The notes beneath the pieces were generated by a model. The model ran no database searches and had not been told where the DNA came from. It saw nothing but the letters and a program-made list of their open reading frames with translations. Both the position numbers and the translations under genes were made by a program. 64,000 nucleotides of DNA from Octopus vulgaris (lineage: Eukaryota). Position 1 is the stretch's first letter; each line of letters begins with the position of its first letter. The stretch covers positions 37,696,001 to 37,760,000 of the forward strand of contig OX597817.1 of the NCBI GenBank assembly GCA_951406725.2, given 5' to 3'. Shown here one piece after another: positions 1 through 14,694 of this stretch.

Positions 1-697
1 CTATAAGCTGACCACTGAACTGGACGCTGGTGTGTCACAGGGTTAACTCCAAAACGCCAAAAGTGCTCATTCTCAGCTGATTTTTACAAGAAGAAAATGA
101 AATTAGATGTTTTGTTGAAGGAGACAATTCACCACCCAATCTCAGAGTTAAAATCCATGCATACATTTGTATGTGTGTGTGTGTGTGTGTGTGATCATTG
201 TTATTACCATCATCGTTCTCATCATCATCATCATCACTATCATCATCATCAACGTCGTTGTCATCATCATCATCATCATCCCCGTTCTCCTCACCATCAT
301 TATTTAACATCCCTGTTACATATTTGCATGTGTTGGACTCTGACAGGATTTGATAGGTCAAAGGACTCTGGCATGCTCCAGTTTATGCTTCGGCACAGTT
401 CCTATGGTTAAATGCCCACCCCACCCACCACCTACCTGAAACCAACCACTTTACGGTGTGTACAAGGTGCTTTTTCTTTTTTCTGCACTGATGTGGCCAT
501 CATACAGTTTGCAAGACTGCAAACCCCAACAGTGCAATGTTATACTAACAGATGATGGGCAAAAGACCACAAAAGTATGCTAGAAAGTGCCAGAACAGAA
601 TGGGTCTCTTGCTTCAGAGGAGCTACATTACTCATATTTTAAAAGAGAGTGGTGGTGGTGGTGGGACAAACACAAACATACACACAAACACACATAT

Positions 698-740
<43 letters not shown>

Positions 741-1178
741 TAAACACTGGGCTTCCACATAGTTTCCATCTACTAAATTCACTCACAAGGAATTGGTCAG
801 TTCTGGGTTAAAGCAAAAAGTACTGCTGGCCCAAGATGCCTCACAGAGGGACTGAACCTGGAACGATATGGCTGCAAAGAGAGACCCCTAACCACACAAC
901 CATTCCTTGCACTTATAAATAATCAATATTGTTGTTGTAACTACAATTATTGTTGCTTTTTGTTGCTGTTATTATTGTTGCTTTTTGTAGTGTTTATTAC
1001 AGTTGTTGTTGTTGTTACTGTTTTGTATTTGTCCTTATGGTTGTTGTCATTGTTGTTGTAGACGCAATTTTTGTGTTGGTTATTACAATTGCTGCTTTTG
1101 TTGTTGTAGTCTTTATGGCAATTAGTATGGTTTTTGCTGTTGTTGTTGCTGTTGTTGCTTATTGATGTCATTAACAAA

Positions 1179-1770
1179 GGCAGCGAGCTGGCGGAAACGT
1201 TAGCACGCTGGGCGAAATGCTTAGTGGTATTTCATCTGCCGCTACGTTCTGAGTTCAAATTCCGCCGAGGTCAACTTTGCCTTTCATCCTTTTTGGGTCA
1301 ATAGATTAAGTACCAGTTATGCACTGGGGTCGGTGTAATCGACTTAATCCCTTTGTCTGTCCCTGTCCTTGTTTGTCCCCTCTATGTTTAGCCCCTTGTG
1401 GGTAGTAAAGAAATAGGCATTTCGTCTGCTGCTAAGTTCTGAGTTCAAATTCCGCTGAAGTCGACTATGCCTTTCATCCTTTCGGGGTCGATAAATTAAG
1501 TACCAGTTACACACTGGGGTCGATGTAATCGACTTAATCCCTTTGTCTGTCCTTGTTTAGCCCCTTGTGGGCAATAAAGAAATAAGAAACGTTAGTACGC
1601 CAGTTGAAATGGTTAGAGGCATTTCGTCTGAGTTCAAATTCCACCGAGGTTGACTTTGCCTTTCATCCTTTCAGGGTCGATAAATTAAGTACCAGTTGCA
1701 TACTGGGATTGTTCTAATTGACTGGCCCCCGCCCCCAAATTTTCAGGCCTTGTGCCTAGAGTAGAAAAGA
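1179..1770 (+). mobile_element. Trimeric tRNA-derived SINE (family A)
   Basis: GGCAGCGAGCTGGCGGAAACGTTAGC head, B-box-like GAGTTCAAATTCC, and core GCCTTTCATCCTTTCGGGGTCGATAAATTAAGTACCAG repeated three times. Many dispersed copies in the window. Confidence 0.85.
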
Positions 1771-2081
1771 TTATCGTCACTAATGATTCTGTGGTTATTG
1801 TGATGGTTCTTGTGTCTTTTGTCTTTTACTTGATTCAGTTATAAGACTGTGGCCATGCTGGGGCACCACCTTGGAGAATTTTAGCCAAATGGATTGACCC
1901 CTGTTCTTATTTGTTTAAGCCTGGTACTTATTCTATTGGTCCTTTTTGTCAAACTTGTAAGTTACTGGGGACATAAACACACCAACACCAGTTGCCAAGT
2001 GGTGGTGGGGGACAAATACAGTCTCATAATAACACACACAAACACAAACATATATTTATACACACACATATACACACACAT

Positions 2082-2145
<64 letters not shown>

Positions 2146-2386
2146 ATAATAATATCAGGGAATAAATCCAAACTTACAGGGAAAAATTAGATTTAGGATT
2201 AAATCCAATTTTATAGTATAAATATATTATATTATATTATATTAAATTACAGATAAAACCACTATTAGGCAAATCAAACAGTGAAAAACATAAGCAAATA
2301 CATAAAATGAATTTAAAAATATAAAAGTTAAAAATTAAAAAATTATTAAAATAATTTAAACTTATAAATTTTAAATATATATATAC

Positions 2387-2422
<36 letters not shown>

Positions 2423-2971
2423 ATTTTTATATTTATATATTATTTTGTTTATTAATTAATTAATTTATTTATTTATTTTTTATATATATATATCATCATC
2501 ATCATCATCATCATCATCATGTCCATGTTCCGTACTAGCATGAGTGAGATGGTACCACAAGAGACGACTAGGCTGAAGCCGCCTGCACCAGACTTCTGTG
2601 ACTAATTTGGCAGGATTTTTACAGCTGGATATACACGATGGGCTTCTTTCAGTTTCCATCTACCAAATCCACTCAGAAGGCTATGGTCAGCCCAAAACTA
2701 TAATAGAAGTCACTTGCCCAAGGTTCCACACAGTGGGACTGAACCTGGAACCATGTAGTCGGGAAGCAAGTTTCTTACCACACATCCACAAGCGTAACCA
2801 TTATTGTTGCAGAAGTTATTACTGCCGAAGACTTTGTAGTTGTCACTATAGTGGTGGTGGTGGTAGTTTTGGTGGTGGTGGTGATGGTGGTGGTGGTGGT
2901 GGGGTGGTGATGGTTTTGGTGGTTTTGGTGGTGGTGGTGGTGGTGGTGGTGATGGTGATGGTGGTTGCTGC

Positions 2972-3022
<51 letters not shown>

Positions 3023-3489
3023 CGCTGCTATCATTATTAGCCTTGTATTTTTCTTTGTATTAATTATTATAGTAGCTGTAACTGTAACTGTTAGTGTTGA
3101 AGTAGTTATTACAGTTACTGCTGTAGTTTTTGTAGTGGTCACCACACCACAGTTGTTGTAGTTGCTATTGTCGTAAGTGACTGTTATCAGTGGGAGGGGA
3201 GATTATTCGGCAATAGCTACAAGTTATTTCATAATATCCTCAATATATTATTCACCGTGTGAACCGTGATATATAAAAAGGTGTGGCTAAGCTGAGTTAG
3301 GCTCATTCACAACCAAGTTACCAGTCAGGCGTCATTAGTCCACCAGCACCAGAAAGTATTACGCAATAACTGCCTATAATACCGTAGGTAAGATAACTTC
3401 AAGTAATCAATCTGTGACTATGCACATACATATGCATGTGAGTGTGTGTATATGTCTGCGTGTATGTGTGTGTGTATATATGTATATAG

Positions 3490-3818
3490 TCTTTTTACTC
3501 TTTTACTCTTTTACTTGTTTCAGTCATTTCACTGCGGCCATGCTGGAGCACCGCCTTAGGACTTATTCTTTGTAAGCCCAGTACTTATTCTACCGGTCTC
3601 TTTTTGCCGAACCGCTAAGTGACGGGGACATAAACACGCCAGCATCGGTTGTCAAGCAATGCTAGGGGGACAAACACAGACACACAAACACACACACACA
3701 TATATATATATATACATATATACGACGGGCTTCTTTCAGTTTCCGTCTACCAAATCCACTCACAAAGCATTGGTCGGACCGAGGCTATAGTAGAAGACAC
3801 TTGCCCAAGGTGCCACGT
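3490..3818 (-). mobile_element. SINE family B, partial
   Basis: Near-identical to the copies at 25820-26220, 28345-28750 and 54145-54540 (GCGGCCATGCTGGAGCACC, CCAAATCCACTCACAA motifs). Confidence 0.8.
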
Positions 3819-4067
3819 ATATATATATATATTTATATTTATCTGTCTATCTATCTAGCTGCCTATTTATTAAACTACATGTGTGTGTATATATATATAT
3901 ATGCACACACACATACACACATATATATGCATATATATATGTATGTATAAATATATGCATATATATATATGTGTTTGTGTATGTGTCTATCCATATATGT
4001 GTGCGTGTGTGTATAGAGAGAGACTGATTGATAGATAGAGTGAAGATAGATAGACAGACAGACAGAT

Positions 4068-4131
<64 letters not shown>

Positions 4132-4209
4132 TCTTTTACTTGTTTGACTGCGGCCATGCTGGAGCACTGCCTTTAGTCGAGCAAATCAACCCCAGGACAT
4201 ATATATATT

Positions 4210-4251
<42 letters not shown>

Positions 4252-4419
4252 ATTCCGATGATATTTGTTACATGGAATGAAATAAACGCAAGTTTACCTA
4301 AAAAATAACGAACAAAAACAGCTATAAATGTTATCTTAACCATAATTAAACTATGATCATTCAATATTAATGATCAGCTTCTAATTGTTACATGTTGATC
4401 CATTTAATTTCTTACCTTA

Positions 4420-4460
<41 letters not shown>

Positions 4461-4644
4461 CAGGAGAATTCACAAAAAAATCAAAAGTCGAGGACAGGTG
4501 GTGTAGACAATATACAGATGTATTAGTATAATGCTCAGGAAATATTATTAATACCTGTAATGTTTTTATTCCCATGCTGGCCACTTGATATGATCAGTAT
4601 TTTAAATAAAGATCTTATCCTTATTTATATAAATATATACATAC

Positions 4645-4713
<69 letters not shown>

Positions 4714-5195
4714 TATTTGCGTAAAACGATAAAAAACCAAGGCTGTATAGATATTAGAGCATCCAACCTTGGTTTTTATCTTATTATGCAAAAAATTCTT
4801 ATATACACATGCTGACATAGAACCAACGTTGAACCATTTTTTCACAATATTACTGAATCTGGAACTTAACTATGGTTTGTCTATAGCACTTATTCAGCAT
4901 TACCTGACACCTTTGGGTCGCAATGACACCATTATCTCTTATAACCTCAACTTCTCGCCATATATATATGTATGTATAAATATATGTATCTATGTATGTT
5001 TGTATCTATCAGCATGGCTGCATGGTACAAGTGCAGGCATGGCTATGTAGTTAAGAAGCTCACTTTCCAACCACATGGCTTCAGTTTCAGTCCCACAACA
5101 CAGTACATTGGGTAAGTGTTTTCTGCTATAGACCCAGACCAACTAACACCATATGAACAAAACTTTGTAGACAGAAACTGTGTGGAAATCCATGG

Positions 5196-5234
<39 letters not shown>

Positions 5235-5254
5235 ATATGGCCACCAATAAATTC

Positions 5255-6105
5255 CACTGCAGTAAATTCCACCACAGAAAATTCCACCAGGTAAATGTCA
5301 CTATAGGTAAATTCCACCGCGCTATATTCTACCATGGTAAATTTCACCTATGGTGAAATTATCATTATTATTATTATCAATATTATTATTATTATTATTA
5401 TTAATTATTATTATTATGAAATCATTATTTAGAAGGGTTCCACAGTGCTTTGCGTTCATCACTAACATCCACACATCCAAAATTGTGGAAACTATGCACT
5501 GTCCTTAAATCTCAGAAGGATTAAGCCAAACAAAAGTTGCACACGTTTGACGTGGAGACTCAACAACAACAAAAGTAAAAGACCTATCAAATTATTGATG
5601 CACGACTGAAGAACTTAGTTCAGGAATATCAAAATGAAAGCCTTCCATAATTTTTAAGAAGTATTGCACATAATTTGTCTTAAGAAATTTTTCTTTAAAT
5701 AAATAAAACTTTCTTATCCTAACTCTACTTCACAATGTACTCACTGTTATTTTTTATCCTATTGTTATAATAAAATGTGTGCTAAAATTTAATCTTTCCT
5801 TTCTTTATCCCAAATTATATTAGTTTTTAAATTTTGTAATGGGTCTTTTTCATAGATTCTTGCTCGATGGGAATACATTAAAGTGATCCCATCTCAATTC
5901 AAGTAGATAATAAAGATTATTTTCTATCTCACCCTCAGACTCTCTCTCTCTCTCTCTCTTCTTAAGACTTGAGAGACAGACAGATTAAATAACAGGTAGT
6001 GACCCACAGTCTAGAGAAACTGACCGCGGTGATTATTAGCGGGTGAATTTATCTATGGTGAAATTTACCTGGTGGAATTTTCTGTAGTGGAATTTACCTA
6101 GAATT
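5255..6105 (+). mobile_element. Decayed Mutator/MULE-like DNA transposon
   Basis: Tandem GTAAATTCCACC motifs at the left end and inverse GGTGGAATTT motifs at the right end. Internal translation NHYLEGFHSALRSSLTSTHPKLWKL...FLRSIAHNLS* resembles MULE transposase C-termini (NNxxEGWH...HPxIW). Confidence 0.55.
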
Positions 6106-6329
6106 GTGTGTGTCTGTGTGTATATATATATATATATGACAAGAAATAATTTTTGCCTCTTTTTATGGAGACAAAAGTGTTTATAAAACTTCAAAAAAGA
6201 AGTGTTCAAATAAAATTGAGACAGAGATAAAAAAAAAACATTGGTTAGAGAACAAACATCAAATTGGAATCAATTTGATGCTTGTTCTCTAATTAATGCT
6301 TTTTTATCTCTGTCTCAATTTATTTGAAC

Positions 6330-6394
<65 letters not shown>

Positions 6395-6407
6395 TCTCTC
6401 TCCCTCC

Positions 6408-6510
<103 letters not shown>

Positions 6511-7106
6511 GTGCACACACACACGAATATGAATGTGTGTTTATGGTGTGTGGGCGGGTAGGTGGTGTATGGGCGGGTAAGTGCTGTGTGTGCATGTGCA
6601 TGTGTTCATGCATACATACGTTGTGTGTGTGTGTGTGTGTGTGCTTCTTTGTATTTCTCCCTCACAACCACTTGACAGCCAGTGTTGGTTTCTTCTTGTT
6701 CCCATAACTTAGCGGTTTGGTCTTAGGGACAGATAGAATAAGTAGCAAACTTGTAAAATACAAAAAAAAGATCAGGACTGGAGTTTATGTCTTTGGCTTA
6801 ACACCTCAAGGCAGTGGCCTAGAATCTCCACAATGCAATGACTAAAACAAACAAAAGAAAGATAATATATATATATATATTGAGAGACAGACAGATTGAA
6901 TAACAGGTTATCGTAATCATGTTGCCAGCTTTAGGTCAATCAATAAGAGACATTCGACATATTTGGCAGATTTTATATGGCGACTGAAAGAGGCTAATAC
7001 GAAATACAACATTACTTGGTCCATAGTTAGACATGCAAAACCATACAGTGCAATTTCCAGGAGATGCCGTCTCTGCTCTGAGGAATCCCTGTCTATTCTG
7101 TGGACT

Positions 7107-7492
7107 AATAATAATAATAATAATAAAACATTGTGTACAGTGCTCAGGTGCTCTACAACTCATCTAAAATGTATGTATAGTACATAGGTTAATGTACAAG
7201 CGTCAGGAAAAGAACAGTGCATGAGTCATGACATACACCTATGTGTATGAGTATGGAAGGGGGACAATCAGGTGTGGTTTCGGCGGATTTCGGAGAGCAT
7301 GAGGGCCTTAAAGGATGCAGTGTCATGGCAGTCAACAACTGATGCAGGCAGTTTGTTCCATGCTTCAGCAACTCTGAGTGTGAAAAAATGTTTCCAAAAG
7401 TCATGGGAGCTGTGCTGTTTTCTGACTTTGTATGCATGTCCACGTGTGTTGGACACATGGAGATCAAAAAGGTGTTCAGTGTTGTTGTTGGT
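7107..7492 (-). mobile_element. CR1/L2-clade LINE 3' end
   Basis: TRGHAYKVRK...HFFTLRVAEAWNKLPASVV...SFKALM is the typical post-RT C-terminal motif. (TTA)n tail at 7107-7126. Confidence 0.75.
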
Positions 7493-7982
7493 AATAGAAT
7501 TTCTGAAAGACTATTGAGATGCCTACAAGCATATAAATGTACTTTCGCATTATGTAGTGAGAATGAATTTTGAGTAACTGTTAACTTAGTGTAATTTTAT
7601 TTTATTTTGAGGTATGGATGACTTAAATTTACTTTAAACCTCCCCATTATTCTAAACACCTACTAAATATCTAACCCGCTTTGTAATTATGAGTGCACCT
7701 AACCTTACATGTGCATATGCTCACATTTTTGCTGACGCTTGTATGAGCATGTGTACTCATGCCATGCTTCTTGCCCAAGGGCATTTATACATCCATATTG
7801 GTTAACGGTTATTTTCAATACTTTTCTCACTCGATTAGGTGTTCATTTCTCTTTTTGTCTTCTGCAATTTTATTTTTGGATCTTCTATATATATGAAGAA
7901 TTTTCCTCTGTCAGGCTGTTTTTCTCTCTGTAAAACGAAGAGTTGCATTATGGAACTGTCATTTTAACAAAATTTTTTATCT

Positions 7983-8094
7983 ATTTATCGCCTGACGAGA
8001 TACGTCCGCACTGCCAGATGCTCCTGTACCAGTTTTTGTGTGTCCCACAAGAGGAGTTGATGTTGGATGTGTCGAAACAATTGTCGTGATTAAT
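7983..8094 (+). ncRNA. Type I hammerhead ribozyme motif (PLE-type)
   Basis: Stem I ATCGC/GTGAT; core CTGACGA 7992-7998; stem II GATACGTCC/GGATGTGTC; GAAA 8074-8077; palindromic stem III CAATTG; GUC cleavage triplet ending at 8085. Confidence 0.75.
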
Positions 8095-8222
8095 AATATA
8101 TTCTCGTATATTCCATCTTCTGTCTTTTATTTATAATTTATATATATATATATATAAAGCAAGGGAGAGACAAATACAAATACACACGCACACTTCCATA
8201 TATATATATATATGTATATATA

Positions 8223-8600
8223 CTAGTTGTTGGACTCAGTGTTGCTCATGTTTTCTGTGTTGAAGTTAAGCCCACCTCTGACCTTGTATGGAATAAGCAT
8301 TTCCTAAGAGACTATTCTATCGATTTTGTTGAAGTTTTACATGCGGAAAATGGAAAAGCTGCAGGAAAAATAACATGGTTATGGGAATTTCCATTCAAAC
8401 ACCCAAGTGAGCTCACAAAAATTGATGCCAACTAAGCATTATCGAGTTTTCGAAAAATTCCAGCCTTATTTGAACTTCAGGGCATGTGATCTACTTATGT
8501 GCCAAAAATCATTAAAATCGGTTGGACAGTGTGGGAGGAGTTAGAGTAACCCCAGACACACACACACAGTCACACACCATTACACATTTATGTATATAGA
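8223..8600 (-). mobile_element. Old non-autonomous Helitron
   Basis: ACTAG at the left end followed by a decayed hairpin, and a TATAGA|T right end. Same organisation as 37010-37542. Confidence 0.45.
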
Positions 8601-8748
8601 TATATATATAGTTCAAACTTACAGAAAACAAATGACAAGACAGGTGTATGAACAACAAGCAGGTGTATTAGTTTGACAGAAAGGAATAATAGAAAATATA
8701 CTATCATAGGACTGGAGTTGCATGTAAACACACACACACATATGCACA

Positions 8749-8785
<37 letters not shown>

Positions 8786-9059
8786 TCACAAACATACATT
8801 ACTTGCAAAATGTACATGTATTGAGTAACAGATTAAATGTTTGGCAGTTTAAAAATTCAGTCCATGGAAATTGGTTTATATTTTTGTATATCATACATTG
8901 ACATCTAGCAAGACTATTATCTATTAGACCTCTCTCTCCTTCTCTCTTTGTGTCTATCTATCTATCTATCTATCGCCCTCTTTATCTACCTATCTATCTA
9001 TCATACATACATACATACATACATACATACATACATACATACATACATACATACATACA

Positions 9060-9092
<33 letters not shown>

Positions 9093-9264
9093 GTATATAA
9101 ATTAGAGAAGAACCACCTTTTATCAATTCAACAATGAAATAACAATGATATAATTAAATTATACCATATAGAAAAAAATTAAATATATGATAAAACATAT
9201 GCCAATAATTAAGTAAAGTACAAAATAATAAATAAAAAGTATATATATAAAGAAAGAAAAGTTT

Positions 9265-9349
<85 letters not shown>

Positions 9350-9381
9350 TGTATATACATACATGGTGCATCATCATCCTC

Positions 9382-9412
<31 letters not shown>

Positions 9413-10243
9413 AATGTTTACATGCAACGCTAACCCTGCCATGGCTCTCAGCTAGTTATGGTGTCAATATTATGAAACTAGCACTAGAAGCCAAGAGTTA
9501 TTTTTTGGACTAAATTAACCAGTACAATATGATAGTAGACTATTTTATCAACTATTTTATCAAAACTATCTGCTTCTTGTGTACATTAGCAGAGAAAAAT
9601 TTGTTGAAAGCTCTGAGATCTGGTATCTGTATTTCGTCCATGGAGGCATGCAAAAGAGTTTAAGGCATGGCCTTTCTCTCTCTCTGACCGAGCTCTATGA
9701 AAATAAAATTTTTCAAGGACAAAATGTTTTTGCAGAAATTTAACAAGGGGAAATTTGAATCCATGAAGTGTTTTTTTGTTTTTTTTTCATTTAGTAGTAA
9801 TGCTGAATAAGGTCAAGTGAAATATAGTAAAATAATTGCAATAGATAGCGTAAATGTGTTAGCATTTAACAACACCTGCAAATGTGTATATATATATTTA
9901 TATATATATATATATTTATATATATATACATATATATACATATATATACATATATATTTATACATACATACATATATATATATATATGTATGTATGCATG
10001 TATGTATGTATGTATGTATGTATGTATGTATGTATGTATGTATGTATGTATATGTGTGTGTGTGTGTTCATATGTATATACACACACACGCACATACATA
10101 TTTCATTTATATAGGCTTTATGAAGTATGAGCATTATCATTCCATAATCCAAAGTATTGTTTTATGTTTATATTAAATAAAGATTCTTTGCAGAACAATT
10201 GTTGCAAAATTTGAAATCTATTCATTTATTCATTTGATAGAAA

Positions 10244-11505
10244 CAAGCGTTAGACAAAATAATGGAAACACCTTAAAATTTCAAACAAATTTATTTTAAT
10301 ATGGAATAGGATCACCTTTGGCAGTAATTACAGCTTGGATTCTATGAGGTATGGACTCGTACAAACTTTGAATTGTTTCCAAAGGAATTTTTGTTCATTC
10401 TTCAGCTAAAATAGTCTCCAGTTCTTGTTGTGATGATTGTGGAGGATATCAACTCCTTACTTGTTTTTCTAAATTGCATCATAAATGTTCAATAATATTG
10501 AAATCTGATGACTGTGGTAGACAGATAAGATGTTCAACTTCACTAGAATGTTCCTTGTGCCATTCAGTAACAACTTTAGCTCTGTGAATTGGTGCATTAT
10601 CATCCTGAAAAATTGCGTTTCCCTCCAGAAACAGTTCTGCAAGCATAGGATCAATTTGATCTGATGAAATGCTTAAATAGTCTTGACTATTAATTCTGCC
10701 ATGAAGAAAAACCATTGGGCCAGTGGATTTCCAAGATATAGCTCCCCAGATCATCATAGATCCTCCTCCATGTTTAACAGTTGGAAGAAGGCAGTCTGGG
10801 TCAAATGCTTCTTTTGGCTGTCTCCACAGCCGGTGGTTGGAAATAAGGTAAAGGATGACTTATCCGAAAAAATAACATTCTTCCACTACTCTAGATTTTT
10901 TCTCCACTCTGTAGGTTTTTACTCCACTCTAAATGCTTTGTAGTGTTTGATTTTGAAAGTAGTGGTTTTCTGATTGCAGCCCTCCTGTGAAATCCAGCTT
11001 TGTACAGCCTCCAGCGAACAGTTTTTTGTGGAAACTGGGTTCTCGAGGTAGTCATTAAGCTCTGCAGTAATTGTGGGAGCTGTTCTTTTGTGATCCTTTC
11101 TAGCAATTCGTGTAAGGGTCCGGAAGAGTCTGAAAGTTTTGGTTTTCTTCCAGAGTTTTGTTTTGACGAGGAGGTTTTTCCCTCTTTCTCAAAGGCTGTC
11201 ATTACTTTTGAGACAGTACTTCTTGATACACCAAACATTTCAGTTGCTTTTGTTACGCTAGTGCCTGCCATATGAACACCAACAATCTTACTTCTTTGAA
11301 AGTCCGATAGATCTGTCATTTTAATGAATTTTAATTACCTTTTTCTGATATCTGAAAAGAAGCAGCAAATTTAGCAAAACATTTTAAGCAACACTAATAA
11401 TAAATCAAAAAACATAAAAATAAACATGCTTTTGACAGTATTATAGATCTTTCAAAATTATGATGCTATGATACTAGGTGTTTCCATTATTTTGTCCAAC
11501 CCCTG
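10244..11505 (-). mobile_element. Tc1-family DNA transposon, inactive
   Basis: ~29-bp TIRs (CAGGGGTTGGACAAAATAATGGAAACACC) with TA flank at the right. Frameshifted transposase: HTH MTDLSDFQRSKIVG...SRSTVSKV (10891-11319) and DDE part MIWGAIS...FQDDNAPIH...PQSSDFNIIEHL (10479-10757). Confidence 0.9.
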
Positions 11506-11561
11506 TATATGCATACACACACATGTATGCTTATGTTTATGTGTGTATATACATATATATA

Positions 11562-11626
<65 letters not shown>

Positions 11627-11676
11627 TGTATATATGTATATATATATATATATATATATACATACATATATATAAT

Positions 11677-11720
<44 letters not shown>

Positions 11721-11794
11721 GATATATTTATTTATATATGTGTTTATGTGTATATATGTGTCTGTGCGTGTGTGTGTGCATGGGTGTATGTGTA

Positions 11795-11834
<40 letters not shown>

Positions 11835-12185
11835 TGTGTGTGTGTGTGTGTGTGTACTTGTGAGTGTTTGTCTGTATGTGTATGTGTTTAAAATGATGAA
11901 AACAATGAATCCATCACAGGAAGCTTTGTTTTGTATGAAAACACTTTTGAGACAAAACAAAATGTGTTTTGTTAGACTCAGTGTTTTTGATAAAACTTCC
12001 TGACACTCAGTGCCAACACTTTGACTTTTATAATCTAATTGACCCAGCCATGTTCCTTTGACTAGACAGATAATCACAAGACTTATCTATGTATATATGG
12101 ATGTCTGTATGCATGTATATATGCACATGAGTATGTATGTACATATATATGTATGTACATATGTATGTCTGCATATATCTGCATG

Positions 12186-12235
<50 letters not shown>

Positions 12236-12479
12236 CACACGCACACATGTATACATCAGCAGTATTTTGTATTTGCTTTCCATGCTGTCATGAATTGCAT
12301 TTGTCATTTCAAATTCAGAACAACTGCTAAACTAGAAAGGTCAGAAAACTTCAGTTTTACTTGTGATTTGGCATGGTTTCTATGGCTGGGTTCCTTTCCT
12401 AACAACAGCCATTCTAAAAAGTTTTATTGAGTGCATTTCATTGTGGTATCACCACTGACAAGGTTGTCACAAATAAAGG

Positions 12480-12897
12480 TGGCGGGCAAGCTGGTAGAAA
12501 CGTTAGCGTGCCGGGCGAAATGCTTAACGGTATTTCGCATGCTGCTACGTTCTGAGTTCAAATTCCGCCGAGGTCAACTTTGCCTTTCATCCTTTCAGGG
12601 TCGATTAAATAAGTACCAGTTACGCACTGGGGTCGATATAATCGACTTAATCCCTTTGTCTGTCCTTGTTTGTCCTCTCTTTGTTTAGCCCCGTGTGGGT
12701 AGTAAAGGAATAGGTATTTCGTCTGCCGTTACGTTCTGAGTTCAAATTCCGCCGAGGTTGATTTTGCCTTTCGTCCTTTCAGGGTCGATAAATTAAGTAT
12801 CAGTTACACATTGGGGTCGATGTAATCGACTTAATCCCTTTGTCTGTCCTTGTTTGTCCTTTCTGTGCTTAGCCCCTTGTGGGTAGTAAAGAAATAA
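12480..12897 (+). mobile_element. Dimeric SINE family A
   Basis: Same head and core as 1179-1770, two cores. Flanked by AAGGTTGTCA on both sides (probable TSD). Confidence 0.85.
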
Positions 12898-14694
12898 GGT
12901 TGTCATAAACAAAACAAACTAGAGTTTCCTCTCTCTTCTATGTATTCTCCATTCGTTTTCCAGCCACTCTGTAGAGTGTACTGTGCACACATGTCACCTT
13001 CACTAGAGAAGATAGCTGGCATGGAAACTCTCATGACGTATTTGGCTAATAGTTGGATTCTTCATACACAGCACAACAGCTGTTTGGACATAACTAACAC
13101 ACTAAACATGTGTGCAGAATATTTTCATTGCTCTGCATACATCTCAAACAGGACTAGTTTATCTCAAATCAGCAATGCCCACCCTCTGTGGCATTAACAA
13201 GTCAGAGATTTCAGGAACTTATCTATAGTTCCTATACTGAAGTCCTCCTAGAATAAGCTCTGCCGTTTTGTCTTTTTTTTTGTCATAGGTGCCCCAGTCT
13301 TCCAAAGAATGCCATAGCTCTTGCCTACTACTAACCTTCCATCGAATGTAAGGGTTGATGTACTTCCCACTCACATTACCCAACTTGTGAACTATGAGCA
13401 CCTAACAACATTCCAGATTCCAGGTCCCCGATTTTGGCCTTTGTGCAACCCAGTACTGTAGCTCTGTCAAAGACTTGAGCTGGAGGAAGATGTGGTTTGC
13501 AAATATCTGTCACACTTGCTCACCATTCATGAATCTCTGCAGATCCTACAGCTTCAGTGTTTGCCTGTGCATCATCAGTTGGGACATACTGAGGGTGTTG
13601 GCAACAGATGGATCTCTTATGAGTGTAATGCATTTCTCTCACAAGAAACACTTGAGCAGTCATTCCATTGTAATCAGATGTAAACCAAAATAAAGCACAA
13701 TGGGCAGGTAGTTATAAATAACATGAGTAATATACAAATTTGCAGTATCAACTCAGTGGCATAGCCTGGTTGTGTGCCACCCAGTGTAGCCTGTGTGTTT
13801 ACTACCCCAACTGCCCTGGGCACCTGAGCCTATACAGGTTTATACAGCAAATCCAAACTACCTCAAAGATCTGGTCCAGACCAAACAGCCAAACACTTGA
13901 TATGTCTGTGTGTTTTAGGATAAACTTTATTAATCTATTGCAAGCAACAGTGAAACTATGGCAGTTAGATTATTGCTGTTGTTATTGCTAGCGGGTCATT
14001 TATAATACTTAGGACTACACTGCCCTATGTGACCTTCCGTTTTTTTAAATCGTAGAACATAATATGAAAGCTGTTTGACAACTACCATAACCTGTATGTG
14101 AATCAATCACACAAAGGCTGTCTTAGTGGTGGTGGTAGTGGTGGTGGTGGTGGTGGTGGTGGTGGTGGTAGTGGTGGTCGATATTGATGGTTGTGATGAT
14201 TGTTGTCATGAAGTTACACAACTTGTTCTAGTTTTTGTCTTTGACAACATAAAAAAGTTGCATAACAGCTTTTCATTTCAGTAATTTGTAGAGAAAAGCA
14301 ACTTAATAGATGTCCTTAGTGATATTTTTGTTTTAGTATTTTATATTATAAATGTTGTTTATTTTTGTCTACTCAGCTCCTCCTACTCTTGTTAAACTGG
14401 TCAGTTCAGCCAGTTAATCTGTATGTATAATTAACTCTCATTATTTCAAATTTAAAAACAATTCATTATGTTAATTACAGCTATAAATGGAGGGATTGAT
14501 AGACATAATTTTGACATTGGGAGAATGACAATCTGCTTATTTACATATTTTTGTGACAGGGTGTGAGAGACATCCCTGAAACTTTAATGTATGCATGTAC
14601 GTATATATGTTATATATTTGTATGTATGTAGGTACATATATGTAGATATATAACTATTTAAATAAACATGTATACACACACACATACATACATC

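Larger units (their letters stand above)
6920..8130 (+). mobile_element. Penelope-like retroelement 3' remnant (GIY-YIG C-terminus plus pseudo-LTR with hammerhead), split by a LINE insertion
   Basis: LADFIWRLKEANTKYNITWSIVRHAKPYSAISRRCRLCSEESLSIL resembles the PLE endonuclease C-terminal motif (IWxLK...IxWxI...PY...CxLC). It resumes after the insertion as NRISERLLRCLQAYK. Hammerhead at 7983-8094. Confidence 0.7.

Noticed and set aside
35-411. His- or Asp-rich ORFs
   Set aside because: Translation of (CAT)n and (TG)n repeats.
2598-3161. 187-aa ORF with poly-G/V/A runs
   Set aside because: SINE fragment plus (GGT)n/(GCT)n microsatellites. The same applies to the many YI/HT/CV/ER-repeat ORFs in the track.
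5260-5365. Regularly spaced AATTCCACC repeats as a CRISPR-like array
   Set aside because: Short tandem subterminal motifs mirrored at 6040-6100, i.e. transposon ends in eukaryotic DNA.
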